A stretch of DNA of 64,000 nucleotides, taken from IMG/VR virus record IMGVR_UViG_3300049734_000491, positions 1-64,000 of that record. One strand, written 5' to 3'. The stretch's first letter is position 1; each line of letters opens with the position of its first letter. The stretch comes from a virus. This document shows, in pieces, positions 9,568-19,453 of the stretch. The translations under genes were made by a program, and so were the position numbers. The notes under the pieces are model-generated. The model did no database searches, was not told where the DNA came from, and worked only from the letters and a program-made list of their open reading frames with translations.

Positions 9568-10380
9568 TCAGGTCTCGTTCAGCGGGTAGTCCAGGCCCTC
9601 GTCGACGACGAACTGGTTGTACGCCTCCGCCGCGGCCTTCTCGTCGGTGAAGGAGCCGATGTGCTTCTGGGCGCCCTTGATGCTGGCTCGTGCGAACCAG
9701 CGCTTCTTCGGCTCGTTCCAGAAGACACCCCGGTACTCGCTCGAGACCTTGCGGTCGTTGGGCGGTGTCGGTACGGGGACGACCTTGACCAGCCCCATGG
9801 AGTAGTTGGTGGGGCGTTCGGGGTCGAGGAAGGCCGCCATCTGGTCGTAGCGGATCGCGGCCTCGCGGTCGGTCGGGAAGTAGCCGCCGGAGAACATGTC
9901 CCCGTTGGCATGGAACCTGGCCTGCCATGTCCCGGACAGCTTGTGCTCGACGACCCCCATGTACCTGCTCGAGCCGTCGGGCCGGCCTCGGTGTGAGCGC
10001 TCGGCCGCAGTCATCTTCGTGAGGTGGTCCGGCCGGACGCATCCCTTCACACAGGTGTCCAGTGGCTGGATGGAGATCGTCATGGGATCCCCGACGGCGC
10101 CCGTGTAGAGCTCGCCGTCCTCGGGGTGGAACGTCTGCCAGACGTACTTCCCCAGTGACTTGCGGATCCCGTCTGGCTGAGCTGTCTGAGCCAGCACGCC
10201 GACGGGATGGACCCAACACTTGTCGGGCCCCTGGATGGTGATCTTGTTCCGGACCGTGGCTGCGAGCTTGAAGATCTTGTCTCGCTGCCGTGGGCTCAGT
10301 TCGCCGAACTCTGGCGGTGGCTTCCGGACTCTCTTGCTGGTGGTGGTCCCCTTCTCCTTTGTCGGGGTTGCTGTAGTCAT
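9568..10380 (-). CDS. HNH-like / tandem AP2-domain endonuclease
   Basis: CWVHP, CVKGCVRPDHL, and two AP2 repeats (SSRYMGV..WQARF..AAIRYD; SSEYRGV..WFARA..AAEAYN). Confidence 0.8.
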   Translation of the reverse strand: MTTATPTKEKGTTTSKRVRKPPPEFGELSPRQRDKIFKLAATVRNKITIQGPDKCWVHPVGVLAQTAQPDGIRKSLGKYVWQTFHPEDGELYTGAVGDPMTISIQPLDTCVKGCVRPDHLTKMTAAERSHRGRPDGSSRYMGVVEHKLSGTWQARFHANGDMFSGGYFPTDREAAIRYDQMAAFLDPERPTNYSMGLVKVVPVPTPPNDRKVSSEYRGVFWNEPKKRWFARASIKGAQKHIGSFTDEKAAAEAYNQFVVDEGLDYPLNET

Positions 10381-10454
10381 TTGTGGTTTGTTCCTTGTGT
10401 TGGTGGGTGGTCGGTGGTCGGCCAGCCCCGAAGGGCCAGCCGGCTCACCGTTGG

Positions 10455-10853
10455 TCAGGCCAACTTCACCTGGATGACCTGTGAGGGCTTCGCGCACTCG
10501 GCGAAGATCTCGGGGTACTTGGCCTCGAGCTCCTTGCGGTTGACCGTGAGGCGGTCGATGAAGACGAGCCGGAGGATGGGAATGCCGTTCGTTCCGACCA
10601 GGATCGCTGCCGAAGAGGAGATGAGCTCGTCCTTGAGCTCACCGGTGATCTGCTTCTCCTCGGTCTCGATGGCCTTCTTCTGGCCCCGCAGCTCGGCGAG
10701 CCGCTTGACGAGCATCTCCTGGCCGACGTTGGCTGTCAGCGAACCCGTCAGGGGCTCGATGCGGCCGGCGCCGTCGGTGCTCGGAGTGGTCCCCACAGCG
10801 GGGTTGGTCGGATCGGTTGTCGTATCGGATTGGAGTTCCGTGGGAGTGTCCAC
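10455..10853 (-). CDS. Hypothetical coiled-coil phage protein (paralog of 22084-22413)
   Basis: GTG start after a GAAGGA RBS; ...KELEAKYPEIFAE C-terminal motif. Confidence 0.6.
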   Translation of the reverse strand: MDTPTELQSDTTTDPTNPAVGTTPSTDGAGRIEPLTGSLTANVGQEMLVKRLAELRGQKKAIETEEKQITGELKDELISSSAAILVGTNGIPILRLVFIDRLTVNRKELEAKYPEIFAECAKPSQVIQVKLA

Positions 10854-10927
10854 TGGTGTTCCTTCCGTAGTTGATGATTGATGGTCTGTAGTGCTGGGGT
10901 TGCCAGCCCCGTCAGCATAGGTCGTGA

Positions 10928-12841
10928 TCACGCTCCCTTCAAGTTGTCCAGGATTGCGTCCACGAATTCCTCAGCTGAGGTCAGGGCTGACACCCAGCGG
11001 GTGTTGCGGATACCGGCATCCTCGGCCATCCGGACGAGGTGGCTCTTCCAGCCACGACCTTCCTCGTCGCCGGTGGAGACGCCGACCCAGATGACGTCGG
11101 TGCCGCCGCGCTGGAGTTCGGCCAGCCAGAGGATCGCCCGATCCTTCTCGCCAGCGAGCACCAGCTCGCCGTCCGAGACGACGATGAGCAGCTTGCGCCC
11201 GATCACCGACGAGTCGGTCAGCCGCAGCGGTCCGTCCAGTGCAGCCATCGCGTTGTTGAAGGCCTCGTGACCGGAGTTGGCTGAGCGAACCCGCACCATG
11301 TTGGGCGTCTCGCCCACCGCGACCACCGGCTCGGCCTTCGTGCCGAAGGTGACCGCGGCGAACCGAGCGTTCACCCGCTTGCTGGCATTGGCGACCACGT
11401 AGGCCGCGTCTCCCAGCATCTCGGTGTAGCCCGCCATGGAGCCCGACGTGTCGGTCGCCACCCCGATGATCACCGGAGGACGCTCGACGTGGTGCCGCTT
11501 GTTCGACCGCCACGGCTCGGCCGCGGTCATCCGACCACCGGCACGGTCCGCAGATGCCGCCATGGCGCCTCGACCGTTCAGCCGTCCCGGAGGAAGCTGG
11601 CTCCGGACTCGGGTCCGGACGACCGCAGGGGTCGCGTCCTTCTCCAAGGCCTTCGCCATGCGAGTGACCATGTGGGCGTGCCGCGGCTCGGGCGACCGCT
11701 CGGCCCAATTGGTACCGGAGCGAGCCTTCTTGTTGTTCCAGATCCGAGCCTTGCGATCGCGGTTGGACATGCGCCGGACCGCAGCCTTGCGGTGAGGATC
11801 GTCGGACACCTCGCGGACCGCCGTCTCGAAGGCCTCGGCCCAGCCGTAGCGCTCGGCGCTGCCGCCGTCACCGTGGCTGACCTCGCGGACGGGCTTGTCG
11901 TCGCCCTCGCCCTCGCCGGCTGAGCGACCCTCGCCCTTGTCCTCATCCTCGCCGGCCTCGTCACCGGAGCCAGAGCCCTCGGCCTCGTCGCCCTCGTCAC
12001 CGGAGCCAGAAGCGGTGCCGGTGCCAGAGCTCTCGCCCTCGGTCTCTTCGCCCTCGCCGCCGTCTCCGGAGGCATCCTCAGCCTCGCCGCCGAGGAAGCC
12101 GTCCACGATGATGATGACGTCGCCGTCGGGATCGCCCTCGCCCTCGGCCTCCTGGAGTGAGCGGACCATGTCCAGCCACTCCTGAGCGATCTTGAGCGCC
12201 CGCCGTCCGAGCGTGGGCACGCCCTCGGACCAGAAGCCGAAGCGGAGCGTGGTGAACTCGCTGAGCAGATCGTCCAGCACGTCCATGGGGAAGTCGCCGA
12301 AGCGGTCCCGCATGAGCCGGTCGATTTCCTCGAGCTCCTCAGGATCGACCACACCGGAGTGCACTCGGCCCCATGCCAGCGCCCAGCACGTCACCGCGCC
12401 GGCCACCGAGATGTAGTTCTCGGGTCGGGCGAAGCCGTCGGCCAGCAGGTGCGAGTAGCACGCCCGCAGCCGCAGCCGTCCACGAGGATCGGCGTTGACC
12501 GCGTGGGCCTCGATCCGAGCCTCTTCCAGCGTCTTGATGACGCCCAGCTCGGCCATGGTGACAGCGCCGGAGCGGATGAGCGCCATGGTCAGCCAGTTGG
12601 ACCAGAGCGAGTGGCTGGCCTCGTGCGTCACCAGACCTTCGATGGTGAGGACCGAGTCGAAGTCGATGCTGTCGTCCAGCGTGATGTCACCGGTGTTGGC
12701 TGAGTACCAGCCAGCGGCCGGACGATCCTCGCCCGTGGCGACCTTGATGATCGCACCCTCTCGCATGACGTGGTCGAAGAGCCGGTTGAGCTCCTTGATC
12801 TTGAGGGAGTCGATCTTGATGGGAGTCGTTGTCGTGGTCAT
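10928..12841 (-). CDS. CobT-like protein: N-terminal HExxH metallopeptidase domain, acidic linker, vWA domain
   Basis: THEASH and LEEARIE, a G/E/D/S linker, MIDAS DTSGSM and IVVSDG. Confidence 0.85.
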   Translation of the reverse strand: MTTTTTPIKIDSLKIKELNRLFDHVMREGAIIKVATGEDRPAAGWYSANTGDITLDDSIDFDSVLTIEGLVTHEASHSLWSNWLTMALIRSGAVTMAELGVIKTLEEARIEAHAVNADPRGRLRLRACYSHLLADGFARPENYISVAGAVTCWALAWGRVHSGVVDPEELEEIDRLMRDRFGDFPMDVLDDLLSEFTTLRFGFWSEGVPTLGRRALKIAQEWLDMVRSLQEAEGEGDPDGDVIIIVDGFLGGEAEDASGDGGEGEETEGESSGTGTASGSGDEGDEAEGSGSGDEAGEDEDKGEGRSAGEGEGDDKPVREVSHGDGGSAERYGWAEAFETAVREVSDDPHRKAAVRRMSNRDRKARIWNNKKARSGTNWAERSPEPRHAHMVTRMAKALEKDATPAVVRTRVRSQLPPGRLNGRGAMAASADRAGGRMTAAEPWRSNKRHHVERPPVIIGVATDTSGSMAGYTEMLGDAAYVVANASKRVNARFAAVTFGTKAEPVVAVGETPNMVRVRSANSGHEAFNNAMAALDGPLRLTDSSVIGRKLLIVVSDGELVLAGEKDRAILWLAELQRGGTDVIWVGVSTGDEEGRGWKSHLVRMAEDAGIRNTRWVSALTSAEEFVDAILDNLKGA

Positions 12842-13016
12842 TGCTTTGCCTTTCGGGTTGTGGTTGTTGCGTTGTTGATGTGGTCTACATTAGTGGATGG
12901 ATTCGATACTGTCAAGTCGTGGTTCTTGATCCTGTGAGCAGGCCAGGGGAGCTCAGCTCCCCCAGCCGCTCGAGCCGGCCGGCGACCACGACGAAGCACG
13001 GCCAGCGATCCTGCCG

Positions 13017-13976
13017 CTAGAAGGTCAGCGGCTTCGGCATCTTCGCCCAGATGGCCTGCGCCGCCTCTTGGAAGGCAGCCAGATCCTCGGCGTGGGCGAA
13101 GGACAGGAGGTTGGCGATCGCCGCGTCCAGCCCGTAGATCGCTTCCACGTCGCGGAAGGCCAGCAGCTCTCGCAGCTGGGGAGCAGCCGTGACCTCGTGG
13201 TTGGCCAGCTTGATGTTGAGGTTCTGCGCCACCTTGATGGCCTCGGTGCAGACACCCAACTTCTCAGCGATCTTCCAGTCGGTCGTGACCTCGGCCTTGA
13301 GCGTGAAGCGGCTCAGGAGAGCGTCGGACACCACCGCGCCGGGCACGTCGGGGTTGTAGGCGCCGTACACCACGAACCCGTCAGCGATCTTGACGGTGCC
13401 GCGGAGCGGGTTGGCCGTGACGGTGATTTCGTCGCGGCCGTCCATGGCGCCGTAGACGCAAGCCAGCGTCCGAGGATCGATCAGAGCGATCTCGTCCACC
13501 AGCAGCGGCTTGCCACGCTCGGCCTGGATGAGCAGCGGCCCATCCTCCCATGCGTAGGTGCCGTCGGGGTTCTGGACCCACGAGCCGACGAAGTCGCTGA
13601 CCTCGGTGTCCAGCGAACCCTGAACGGTCCGGACGTCGTCCAGCGCCGCCTCGACCAGCGCCGTCTTGCCGCAGCCGGGAGCACCGGACAGGAGCACGGG
13701 CAGTCGCTTGTCGTACGCCTGCTGGATGAAGGCCACGTCAGTGGTCTTGAGCCCGCCGATGGTCACCTTGCGAGCGTGGTACTCGTCGCCGTTCGGTCGG
13801 AAGAACCGGCCGGTCGTCGGTCGGAGGATGGACGGCGTCGGAGCCGCAGCCGGAGCTGGAGTGGTCGGCGCGGCGCTGGCAACGCTCGGGGTCGCCACAG
13901 CGAAGTTGCCGTGCGTTCCGAGGATGGTGCCGAAGTCGGTCTTCCACTTGTCGAAGTCGAAGTCTGTCATGGTCAT
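13017..13976 (-). CDS. MoxR/CbbQ/CobS-like AAA+ ATPase
   Basis: GAPGCGKT, WEDGPL, LLVDEI, AYNP, ALLSRF; adjacent to its vWA partner. Confidence 0.9.
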   Translation of the reverse strand: MTMTDFDFDKWKTDFGTILGTHGNFAVATPSVASAAPTTPAPAAAPTPSILRPTTGRFFRPNGDEYHARKVTIGGLKTTDVAFIQQAYDKRLPVLLSGAPGCGKTALVEAALDDVRTVQGSLDTEVSDFVGSWVQNPDGTYAWEDGPLLIQAERGKPLLVDEIALIDPRTLACVYGAMDGRDEITVTANPLRGTVKIADGFVVYGAYNPDVPGAVVSDALLSRFTLKAEVTTDWKIAEKLGVCTEAIKVAQNLNIKLANHEVTAAPQLRELLAFRDVEAIYGLDAAIANLLSFAHAEDLAAFQEAAQAIWAKMPKPLTF

Positions 13977-14083
13977 GGTCGTGGTCCTTTGTGGTTGTCG
14001 TGGTCGTTGTGCTTGATGTTGAACAGTGTAGTTGATGGTTTCTAGCTTGTCAAGCCCGGCCCTGGGGCCGGCCGGGCAAGAGC

Positions 14084-14545
14084 TCAGACAGCGTCGCAGC
14101 CGCCCGTGAAGACGACGTCGTTGTCCTCGATCACCGGACGACCGAGATGGTTGTCCTTCCAGTGCTTCGCACGGAATCGTGCCGAGATGCCGCGTCCCTT
14201 GCGAGACTCGATCTGGATCAGGTCGGCGTCGGTCAGACCGACGGTCAGCTCGCAGATCAGTCGGCACTCGCGAGCCGGCACGGACGAGTCCAGTTGGATC
14301 ATCTCGCTCAGCGCCTGTCGGGCGTGCTCGTCGGTCGGCAGGTAGCTGGCCGTCCACTGGCCCTGCTTCGCGTTCATGGCAGCCTGATACCGCATGACGA
14401 GCGGTCCAGCCAGCATGTAGCGGAGCGTGATCACCTGATCCTCGGTGATCGTGGCATCCGAGGCGGCGTCCACCCGCAACAGCTCGACGAAGTACGCCTT
14501 CTGTCCGGGCACGTCTTCCTTGTTGGGAACGTGTGCGTAGATCAT
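14084..14545 (-). CDS. Hypothetical protein
   Basis: Own promoter (14592-14620) and GAAAGGA RBS. Confidence 0.7.
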   Translation of the reverse strand: MIYAHVPNKEDVPGQKAYFVELLRVDAASDATITEDQVITLRYMLAGPLVMRYQAAMNAKQGQWTASYLPTDEHARQALSEMIQLDSSVPARECRLICELTVGLTDADLIQIESRKGRGISARFRAKHWKDNHLGRPVIEDNDVVFTGGCDAV

Positions 14546-14712
14546 GGTTGTCGTGGTCCTTTCGGGTTGGTTGTCGTTGTTGATGTTGGTCAGTGTAGTT
14601 GATGGTTTCTAGCTTGTCAAGTCGGCGTCCCAGCGGGTGAGGATGTCCTCAACTTGCCGGCCCGTCGTTCATGGGAGCAGTATAGGTTATCATACCGCCA
14701 ACGTCAAGTCGA

Positions 14713-15015
14713 TCAGAAGAAGTACCTGCTGACGGTCTCAGGTGCCAGCTCCGGGTGTTCGACCGGCTCCCATCCGATGGAGGCGCACTCGAAGGTGGTC
14801 TCGCCACCGAGCACGATGCGATCGCCCACCGAGAGCGAGTGGCTCCGGAAGTCGGCTGGATGGTTGATGTTGAAGGTGCGGAAGAGCTCCTCGAGCGAGC
14901 CGATGGCATCGCCCTCGAAGGGCACCTCGCCGGCGTAGGTCTGCTCGTACGGGCCCCAGAGGGGATCGGTGTAGCTGGCTGGCTTGCGCTGCCAGAGCTC
15001 GTATGGGATCTGCAT
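14713..15015 (-). CDS. YodL-like domain protein
   Basis: LEELFRTFNINHPADFRSHSLSVGDRIVL signature. Confidence 0.8.
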   Translation of the reverse strand: MQIPYELWQRKPASYTDPLWGPYEQTYAGEVPFEGDAIGSLEELFRTFNINHPADFRSHSLSVGDRIVLGGETTFECASIGWEPVEHPELAPETVSRYFF

Positions 15016-15147
15016 GATTGCCTTTCGGGTTGTGGTTGTGGTCGTTGCTTCGTTGGGGGACACAATAGTGGATGGACTGCAGTCAATGCAAGTCAGTTGT
15101 GGTACTGATCTGAGCTGGAGCTCAGCCTGGCCGACCAACTTATTTCA

Positions 15148-15211
15148 GGGCAGCCTTCGGCCCTCCTCTCGAGGTACTCACTCCCCTCGAGCAGTTGGTC
15201 ATCCCGGATCG
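15148..15211 (-). ncRNA. Candidate structured RNA, family A, copy 1
   Basis: 54/64 identical to 23269-23332 with three compensatory stem pairs; lies downstream of the promoter at 15260. Confidence 0.6.
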
Positions 15212-15393
15212 GTTGTGGGTGTCGGTCGTGGTGGACTCCTTTCGTTGTTGTTAGTAATCAGTATAGTGCATGGATCTCGAGCTGTCAAATCGAGCTGAGG
15301 TCCCCCTGACACGAGAAACCTTCCCCTCCGGTATGACGCCGGCGGCCTCAAGATGGGACACAGCCCTTTTTCGCCGAACCTGGCTGGCCAAGA

Positions 15394-15837
15394 TCAGAAG
15401 TCCCATCGCAGCCGCCGGCAGGTCCGGCACGCTCGAGCACCGGACGGATAGCGGTAGGTGTTGTCCTCGTCGAAGGGGTGTCCTTGAGGGCAATGGGTCT
15501 TAGCCCGCTGCCAACTTCCCTTGTTCGGATCCTTCTTCCTTCCCACGAGGGGGGATCGGCGAGCGTTCTCCTGGTTTGTGACTACTTCGAGGTGGTCAGG
15601 GTTCACGCAGGCTGGAGTCCGGCAGAGGTGGTCCAGCTGGAGTCCGGCAGGGATGTCAGTGACGAGTGCTTCGTATGCCACACGGTGAGCCTGAAACAGC
15701 TGGCGGTTGTCTTGTCCTCCGATTGAATATCGTCCGTACCCGTCAGCGTTCTTGGCTGCGGTCCAGAGCCAGCATCCGCCAGCCTGGACCTCAACCTTCT
15801 TCCAGAACCTCTCCTCGAGGATGGGATCACCGAACAT
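15394..15837 (-). CDS. HNH endonuclease
   Basis: RFWKKV, CWLW, LDHLCRTPACVNPDHL, THCPQGH, CRTC. Confidence 0.85.
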   Translation of the reverse strand: MFGDPILEERFWKKVEVQAGGCWLWTAAKNADGYGRYSIGGQDNRQLFQAHRVAYEALVTDIPAGLQLDHLCRTPACVNPDHLEVVTNQENARRSPLVGRKKDPNKGSWQRAKTHCPQGHPFDEDNTYRYPSGARACRTCRRLRWDF

Positions 15838-16190
15838 CAGAAGATCCCCGATGCCTCCAAATAAATGAGTGGCATGAACATCTCGGTGGGGTCATCCCCC
15901 CACGAGAGTCCGCCCGTGAGCCAGATCGTCTCCCCCCCGAACTCGAGGACGGTGATGTCCCGGCGAGGGCCCCGGACCCCCTCCACGGCAACGCGGAGGC
16001 GGTCCTGGACGTACTCCAGCACTTCCCCATCCTCGACGGGATCGTGCAGCTCGGCGTAGCCGGCCTGCTCGGCGTCGGTGAAGATGCGGTCGGCGTCGTC
16101 CACGGTGAGGCCGGAGATGAGCTCCTCGAGCTCCTCCACGGTCCGGCCGTGTCGGTCGACGGCGTAGGCGATCAGCATGTCAGCGCCCAT
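15837..16190 (-). CDS. Conserved hypothetical protein
   Basis: Acidic, with a TGGLSWGDDPTE motif; coupled to the HNH gene. Confidence 0.65.
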   Translation of the reverse strand: MGADMLIAYAVDRHGRTVEELEELISGLTVDDADRIFTDAEQAGYAELHDPVEDGEVLEYVQDRLRVAVEGVRGPRRDITVLEFGGETIWLTGGLSWGDDPTEMFMPLIYLEASGIF

Positions 16191-16259
16191 TGGTCGGCCC
16201 TCCCCACGCTCGGGCGATGGAGACCATCACCTCGTTGTAGAGCTTGGTGATCTGGGCGC

Positions 16260-16490
16260 TCATCGTTCGACCGCCTCGACGTCGATGAGGATGGCCTCCT
16301 CGGAGAGCTCGTCCCGAGCCTCGGTGTCGGTCAGGTCCAGCACGTCCTCGTCGATGAGGAACTGGTAGCGGTGCTCATCGGTGGGCAGGGCGTCGAACTT
16401 GGCCTTCTGGGCGTCGTTCAGAACTCCCTGCTCCTCGGTGCGGTACCGGATGATGGTGTCCCGGTGCACGGTGATCAGGTGATCGGTCAT
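16260..16490 (-). CDS. Small acidic protein
   Basis: Promoter at 16531 plus RBS. Confidence 0.65.
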   Translation of the reverse strand: MTDHLITVHRDTIIRYRTEEQGVLNDAQKAKFDALPTDEHRYQFLIDEDVLDLTDTEARDELSEEAILIDVEAVER

Positions 16491-16556
16491 GGTTGTGGTT
16501 GCCTTTCGTTGGTGGTTGTTGTTGTAGATCAGTGTAGTTGATGGAATGTAGGTCTG

Positions 16557-16949
16557 TCAAGCCGGCCGGATCTCGTCGATCGCCCGATGGGCCTGCCAGT
16601 CGACCCAGTTGACGAGATCGACCACGCTCTGGCCCACGGCGTCGCCGAGAGCCATCACGTTGTCCTCGATGTCGGCTGGGACGGGTTCCCCCATGTCGAA
16701 GCCGAAGAGCCCCTGTCGGAGGATCTCGTAGACGTCGAGGTCGAGGGAGGTGTTGGTCCAGCCGATGACTCCCTCCATGTCCCAGCTGATGGTGAACTCC
16801 TGGCTGGCCGGCGTGACGGTGAGCACGAAGCCGTCGCCGATCCCGATGTGAACGTCGGGGCCCAGAGCGAACTCGAGGAACTCGGCTGCCAGTCGAGCCT
16901 TGTCTCGGAGTCCGTCCTCGGTGACGGGTTGGATGTTGATGGTGGTCAT
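16557..16949 (-). CDS. Hypothetical acidic protein
   Basis: ATGA overlap with the upstream gene. Confidence 0.65.
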   Translation of the reverse strand: MTTINIQPVTEDGLRDKARLAAEFLEFALGPDVHIGIGDGFVLTVTPASQEFTISWDMEGVIGWTNTSLDLDVYEILRQGLFGFDMGEPVPADIEDNVMALGDAVGQSVVDLVNWVDWQAHRAIDEIRPA

Positions 16950-17182
16950 CGCACGGCCTCGCAGTTCTGGAGGGCGTGGAGGGCGGCCTGGAACGCACGG
17001 TCGGCCTTGAAGTAGGCCTCCTCGGTCTCCTCGGTCTCCTCGTCGGCTTCGATGATCTTCTCCTCGAGGATCCTCGCGTCGTGGAAGTCGATGGCTGCCT
17101 CGCCGAGATCGTCGAGCAGCTTCTCGAGCTCTCGCCGCTGGGCGAGCTGTTGGTTGGTCAGGTTGGGGAGCATGTCGCTCAT
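16946..17182 (-). CDS. Small acidic helical protein
   Basis: Promoter at 17215 plus RBS. Confidence 0.65.
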   Translation of the reverse strand: MSDMLPNLTNQQLAQRRELEKLLDDLGEAAIDFHDARILEEKIIEADEETEETEEAYFKADRAFQAALHALQNCEAVR

Positions 17183-17231
17183 GGTGGTTGCCTTTCGTGG
17201 TCGTTGTTGTGGTCAGTGTAGTTGATGGTTG

Positions 17232-17567
17232 CTAGCTTGTCAAATCGTCAAGCAGCACCCAGTGGTCGACGCCGGGGATCATGTTGAGTGTGCGGCCGCA
17301 GTCCCAGTCCACCCAGATCTGGGGGAGGGGCCCGTCCACCACGCCGGTCACGGTTCCCCGACTGCCGGCTGGGACCGGGTAGGGGTCGTCTGGCATGTCC
17401 ATGAGCTCGACCCGCATCCCGACCAGAATCGGTCGGTGGGTTCCGTTCTCGTTCTCCAGCTCGTCGTTCCCCGAGCAGCCGTCCCCCTCGGTCTGGTCGA
17501 CCCAGGCGGAGCCACCGTTGGTGAACTCGAGGTGGAGGATGTCGCCGCAGTAGGCACAGGCCGGCAT
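17232..17567 (-). CDS. DUF4314 domain protein
   Basis: GMRVELMDMPDDPYPVPAGSRGTV...IWVDWDCGRTLNMIPGVD. Confidence 0.8.
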   Translation of the reverse strand: MPACAYCGDILHLEFTNGGSAWVDQTEGDGCSGNDELENENGTHRPILVGMRVELMDMPDDPYPVPAGSRGTVTGVVDGPLPQIWVDWDCGRTLNMIPGVDHWVLLDDLTS

Positions 17568-17770
17568 CAGACGACCTCCACGGTTTCCATGAGGAAGGCG
17601 AGCAGCTCGTCGTAGCTCTTGCAGGCGAGCGCCTTCTTGGCGAACTCGTCGGCGTTGGCGGAGCCGTGGGCCCGCAGGATGGACTTGCGGACCACGCCGA
17701 TCAGAGCGAAGGCGTTGCCGTCGGTGCCGGTCAGCTTGACGGTGAGTCCGGGGTAGGTCGGCGTGCTCAT
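17567..17770 (-). CDS. Conserved small phage protein (DGNAF motif)
   Basis: VKLTGTDGNAFALIG...SYDELL. Confidence 0.7.
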   Translation of the reverse strand: MSTPTYPGLTVKLTGTDGNAFALIGVVRKSILRAHGSANADEFAKKALACKSYDELLAFLMETVEVV

Positions 17771-18084
17771 GCTCCCGCCTCCGCTTCGTAGTAGCCGATC
17801 TTGCGAGCGCCCGAACGGAGGGCGTCGAAGTCCAGGTCCTCGAACGCTGTGGGCGTGTCGAGAGCGTTCTCGATCGCATCGAACAGGTGGCCGACGCTCG
17901 CCACCGTGTCGGCGTCGTAGTCGAAGTCGCTCAGCATGAAGATCAGCGTGTTGCACTGGTCCTCATCGGTTTGGTCGAACTCGTTGTCGCCGGTCTCGTC
18001 GCGGACGTCCAGCACGTTCTCGTACCGGGCTTCCATGACCCAGAGCAGGGCGCCCTTCTCGGCGTCGGTCAGGTCGATCTTCAT
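17767..18084 (-). CDS. Acidic hypothetical protein
   Basis: Promoter at 18115 plus RBS. Confidence 0.65.
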   Translation of the reverse strand: MKIDLTDAEKGALLWVMEARYENVLDVRDETGDNEFDQTDEDQCNTLIFMLSDFDYDADTVASVGHLFDAIENALDTPTAFEDLDFDALRSGARKIGYYEAEAGA

Positions 18085-18139
18085 GTCGTGGTCCTTTCGT
18101 TGTTGTTGTGGTACATGATAGTGGATGGTTGCTAGCTCG

Positions 18140-18568
18140 TCAAGTTGAGGCCGGCCGGCGGATGGAGATGTTGTGCCACCACTCAGCCGGGATCGGCATG
18201 GTCGTGATCCACCAGTGGCGGGCGAGCTCAAGCCCTCCCCCTGTCGAGATCATGGTGTCGACCCACCAGTCCTGGAAGTCAGGATGGCAGCGGGCCCACA
18301 CCAGCCATGGAGCGACGATGGTGGGATGGATGGAGCTATCTGGGATGTCCACGGTGATCTCCACCTCGGACTTGTCGGCGAACCCTCCCCCGAGCCCGTG
18401 GAGGTCCTCCTCCCCCGGCTCGAGCGGTCGGTCCAGGAACCAGACAACTTCGTGGGGATGGGGCGGATCCCAGCTCACATTGGATTCGGTCAGCGTCAGC
18501 CAGCCGGCGTCCTCGATCATGGGCAGATGAAACCCTGATGTATAATGGTACAAACGCTTTGGAATCAT
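18140..18568 (-). CDS. Hypothetical protein, possible ADP-ribosyltransferase-like fold
   Basis: LYHYTS...L..I...GWL...VVWF resembles the start of ART/Tpt1-like domains. Confidence 0.45.
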   Translation of the reverse strand: MIPKRLYHYTSGFHLPMIEDAGWLTLTESNVSWDPPHPHEVVWFLDRPLEPGEEDLHGLGGGFADKSEVEITVDIPDSSIHPTIVAPWLVWARCHPDFQDWWVDTMISTGGGLELARHWWITTMPIPAEWWHNISIRRPAST

Positions 18569-19044
18569 GGTTGTCCTTTCAGCCGTCGCTTCCGTTCACG
18601 CTCTGTTTGAGCACGACAGGCGCGACAGGCTCGATGTCCTTGTGTGTTGATGTAGGTGTTCTTCTCGTCGTAGGGGTGTCCCTGAGGGCAGTGCGTTTTG
18701 GTTCGGTTTCTTGCTCCCTTCGCTGTCCTAGTGGCTTCGGTGTCAGGGGAACGTCGGACGTTCTCCAAGTGAGTCACTGCTTCGAGATGTGATGGATTGC
18801 AACAAGTTCGGTTCTTGCAGAGGTGGTCGATCTCGTAGCTTGCTGGGATGGATTCCTTGAAGGCTTCGTAGGCCACTCGGTGGGAGTAGTCCTCCACTCC
18901 TCTACCGATGGTGTATCGGCCATAGCCCTGGCCGGCCGAGGCTCCGATCCAGAGCCAACAGCCAGTTTCGTTCGGCCGGACCTTCTCCCAGAACCGTTCA
19001 CTGAGGATGGGATGTCCGAACACAGGCTCACCGTCGACCCACAC
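18565..19044 (-). CDS. HNH endonuclease (paralog of 15394-15837)
   Basis: FGHPILSERFWEKV, IDHLCKNRTCCNPSHL, THCPQGHPYDEKNTY. Confidence 0.85.
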   Translation of the reverse strand: MWVDGEPVFGHPILSERFWEKVRPNETGCWLWIGASAGQGYGRYTIGRGVEDYSHRVAYEAFKESIPASYEIDHLCKNRTCCNPSHLEAVTHLENVRRSPDTEATRTAKGARNRTKTHCPQGHPYDEKNTYINTQGHRACRACRAQTERERKRRLKGQP

Positions 19045-19050
19045 TGTTGG

Positions 19051-19398
19051 TCAGTCCCAGTCGAGGTCATCGGGAAGCTGGTACGGCTTGTGGTCGATGA
19101 CGATGTAGGCCACCGAGCCGGTCTCGGACATGGAGTCCCAGCCGTTGGTGTAGGCGTGGAAGATCTGGCCGTACTTGTCGGCGGTGACTTCCAGCATTTC
19201 CATCCGGGCGTAGCCCGGCTCGGCGAACTCGGCCATCCCCTTGAAGGTGGCTGGGATCTTGGGCAGAGCCTCGGCGGCCTCCCGCAGCTTGATCTCGGCG
19301 AGATCCAACTCAGCCAGCGCATCCTGGAAGGCTCGCTGTCCGGGTGTCATCTCTTCCCACCGCTTGCTCGCGGCGCTGAGGTACTGGTCGTCGGTCAT
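19051..19398 (-). CDS. Hypothetical protein
   Basis: Promoter at 19429 plus RBS. Confidence 0.65.
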   Translation of the reverse strand: MTDDQYLSAASKRWEEMTPGQRAFQDALAELDLAEIKLREAAEALPKIPATFKGMAEFAEPGYARMEMLEVTADKYGQIFHAYTNGWDSMSETGSVAYIVIDHKPYQLPDDLDWD

Positions 19399-19453
19399 GG
19401 TCGTTGTCCTTTCGTCGTTGTCGTGGTCAGTATAGGGGATCGCTCCCCCTTTG

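Noticed and set aside
15148-15211. Canonical hammerhead ribozyme or glycine riboswitch
   Set aside because: Lacks CUGANGA; two of three copies have GAAG rather than GAAA; stems do not fit either consensus
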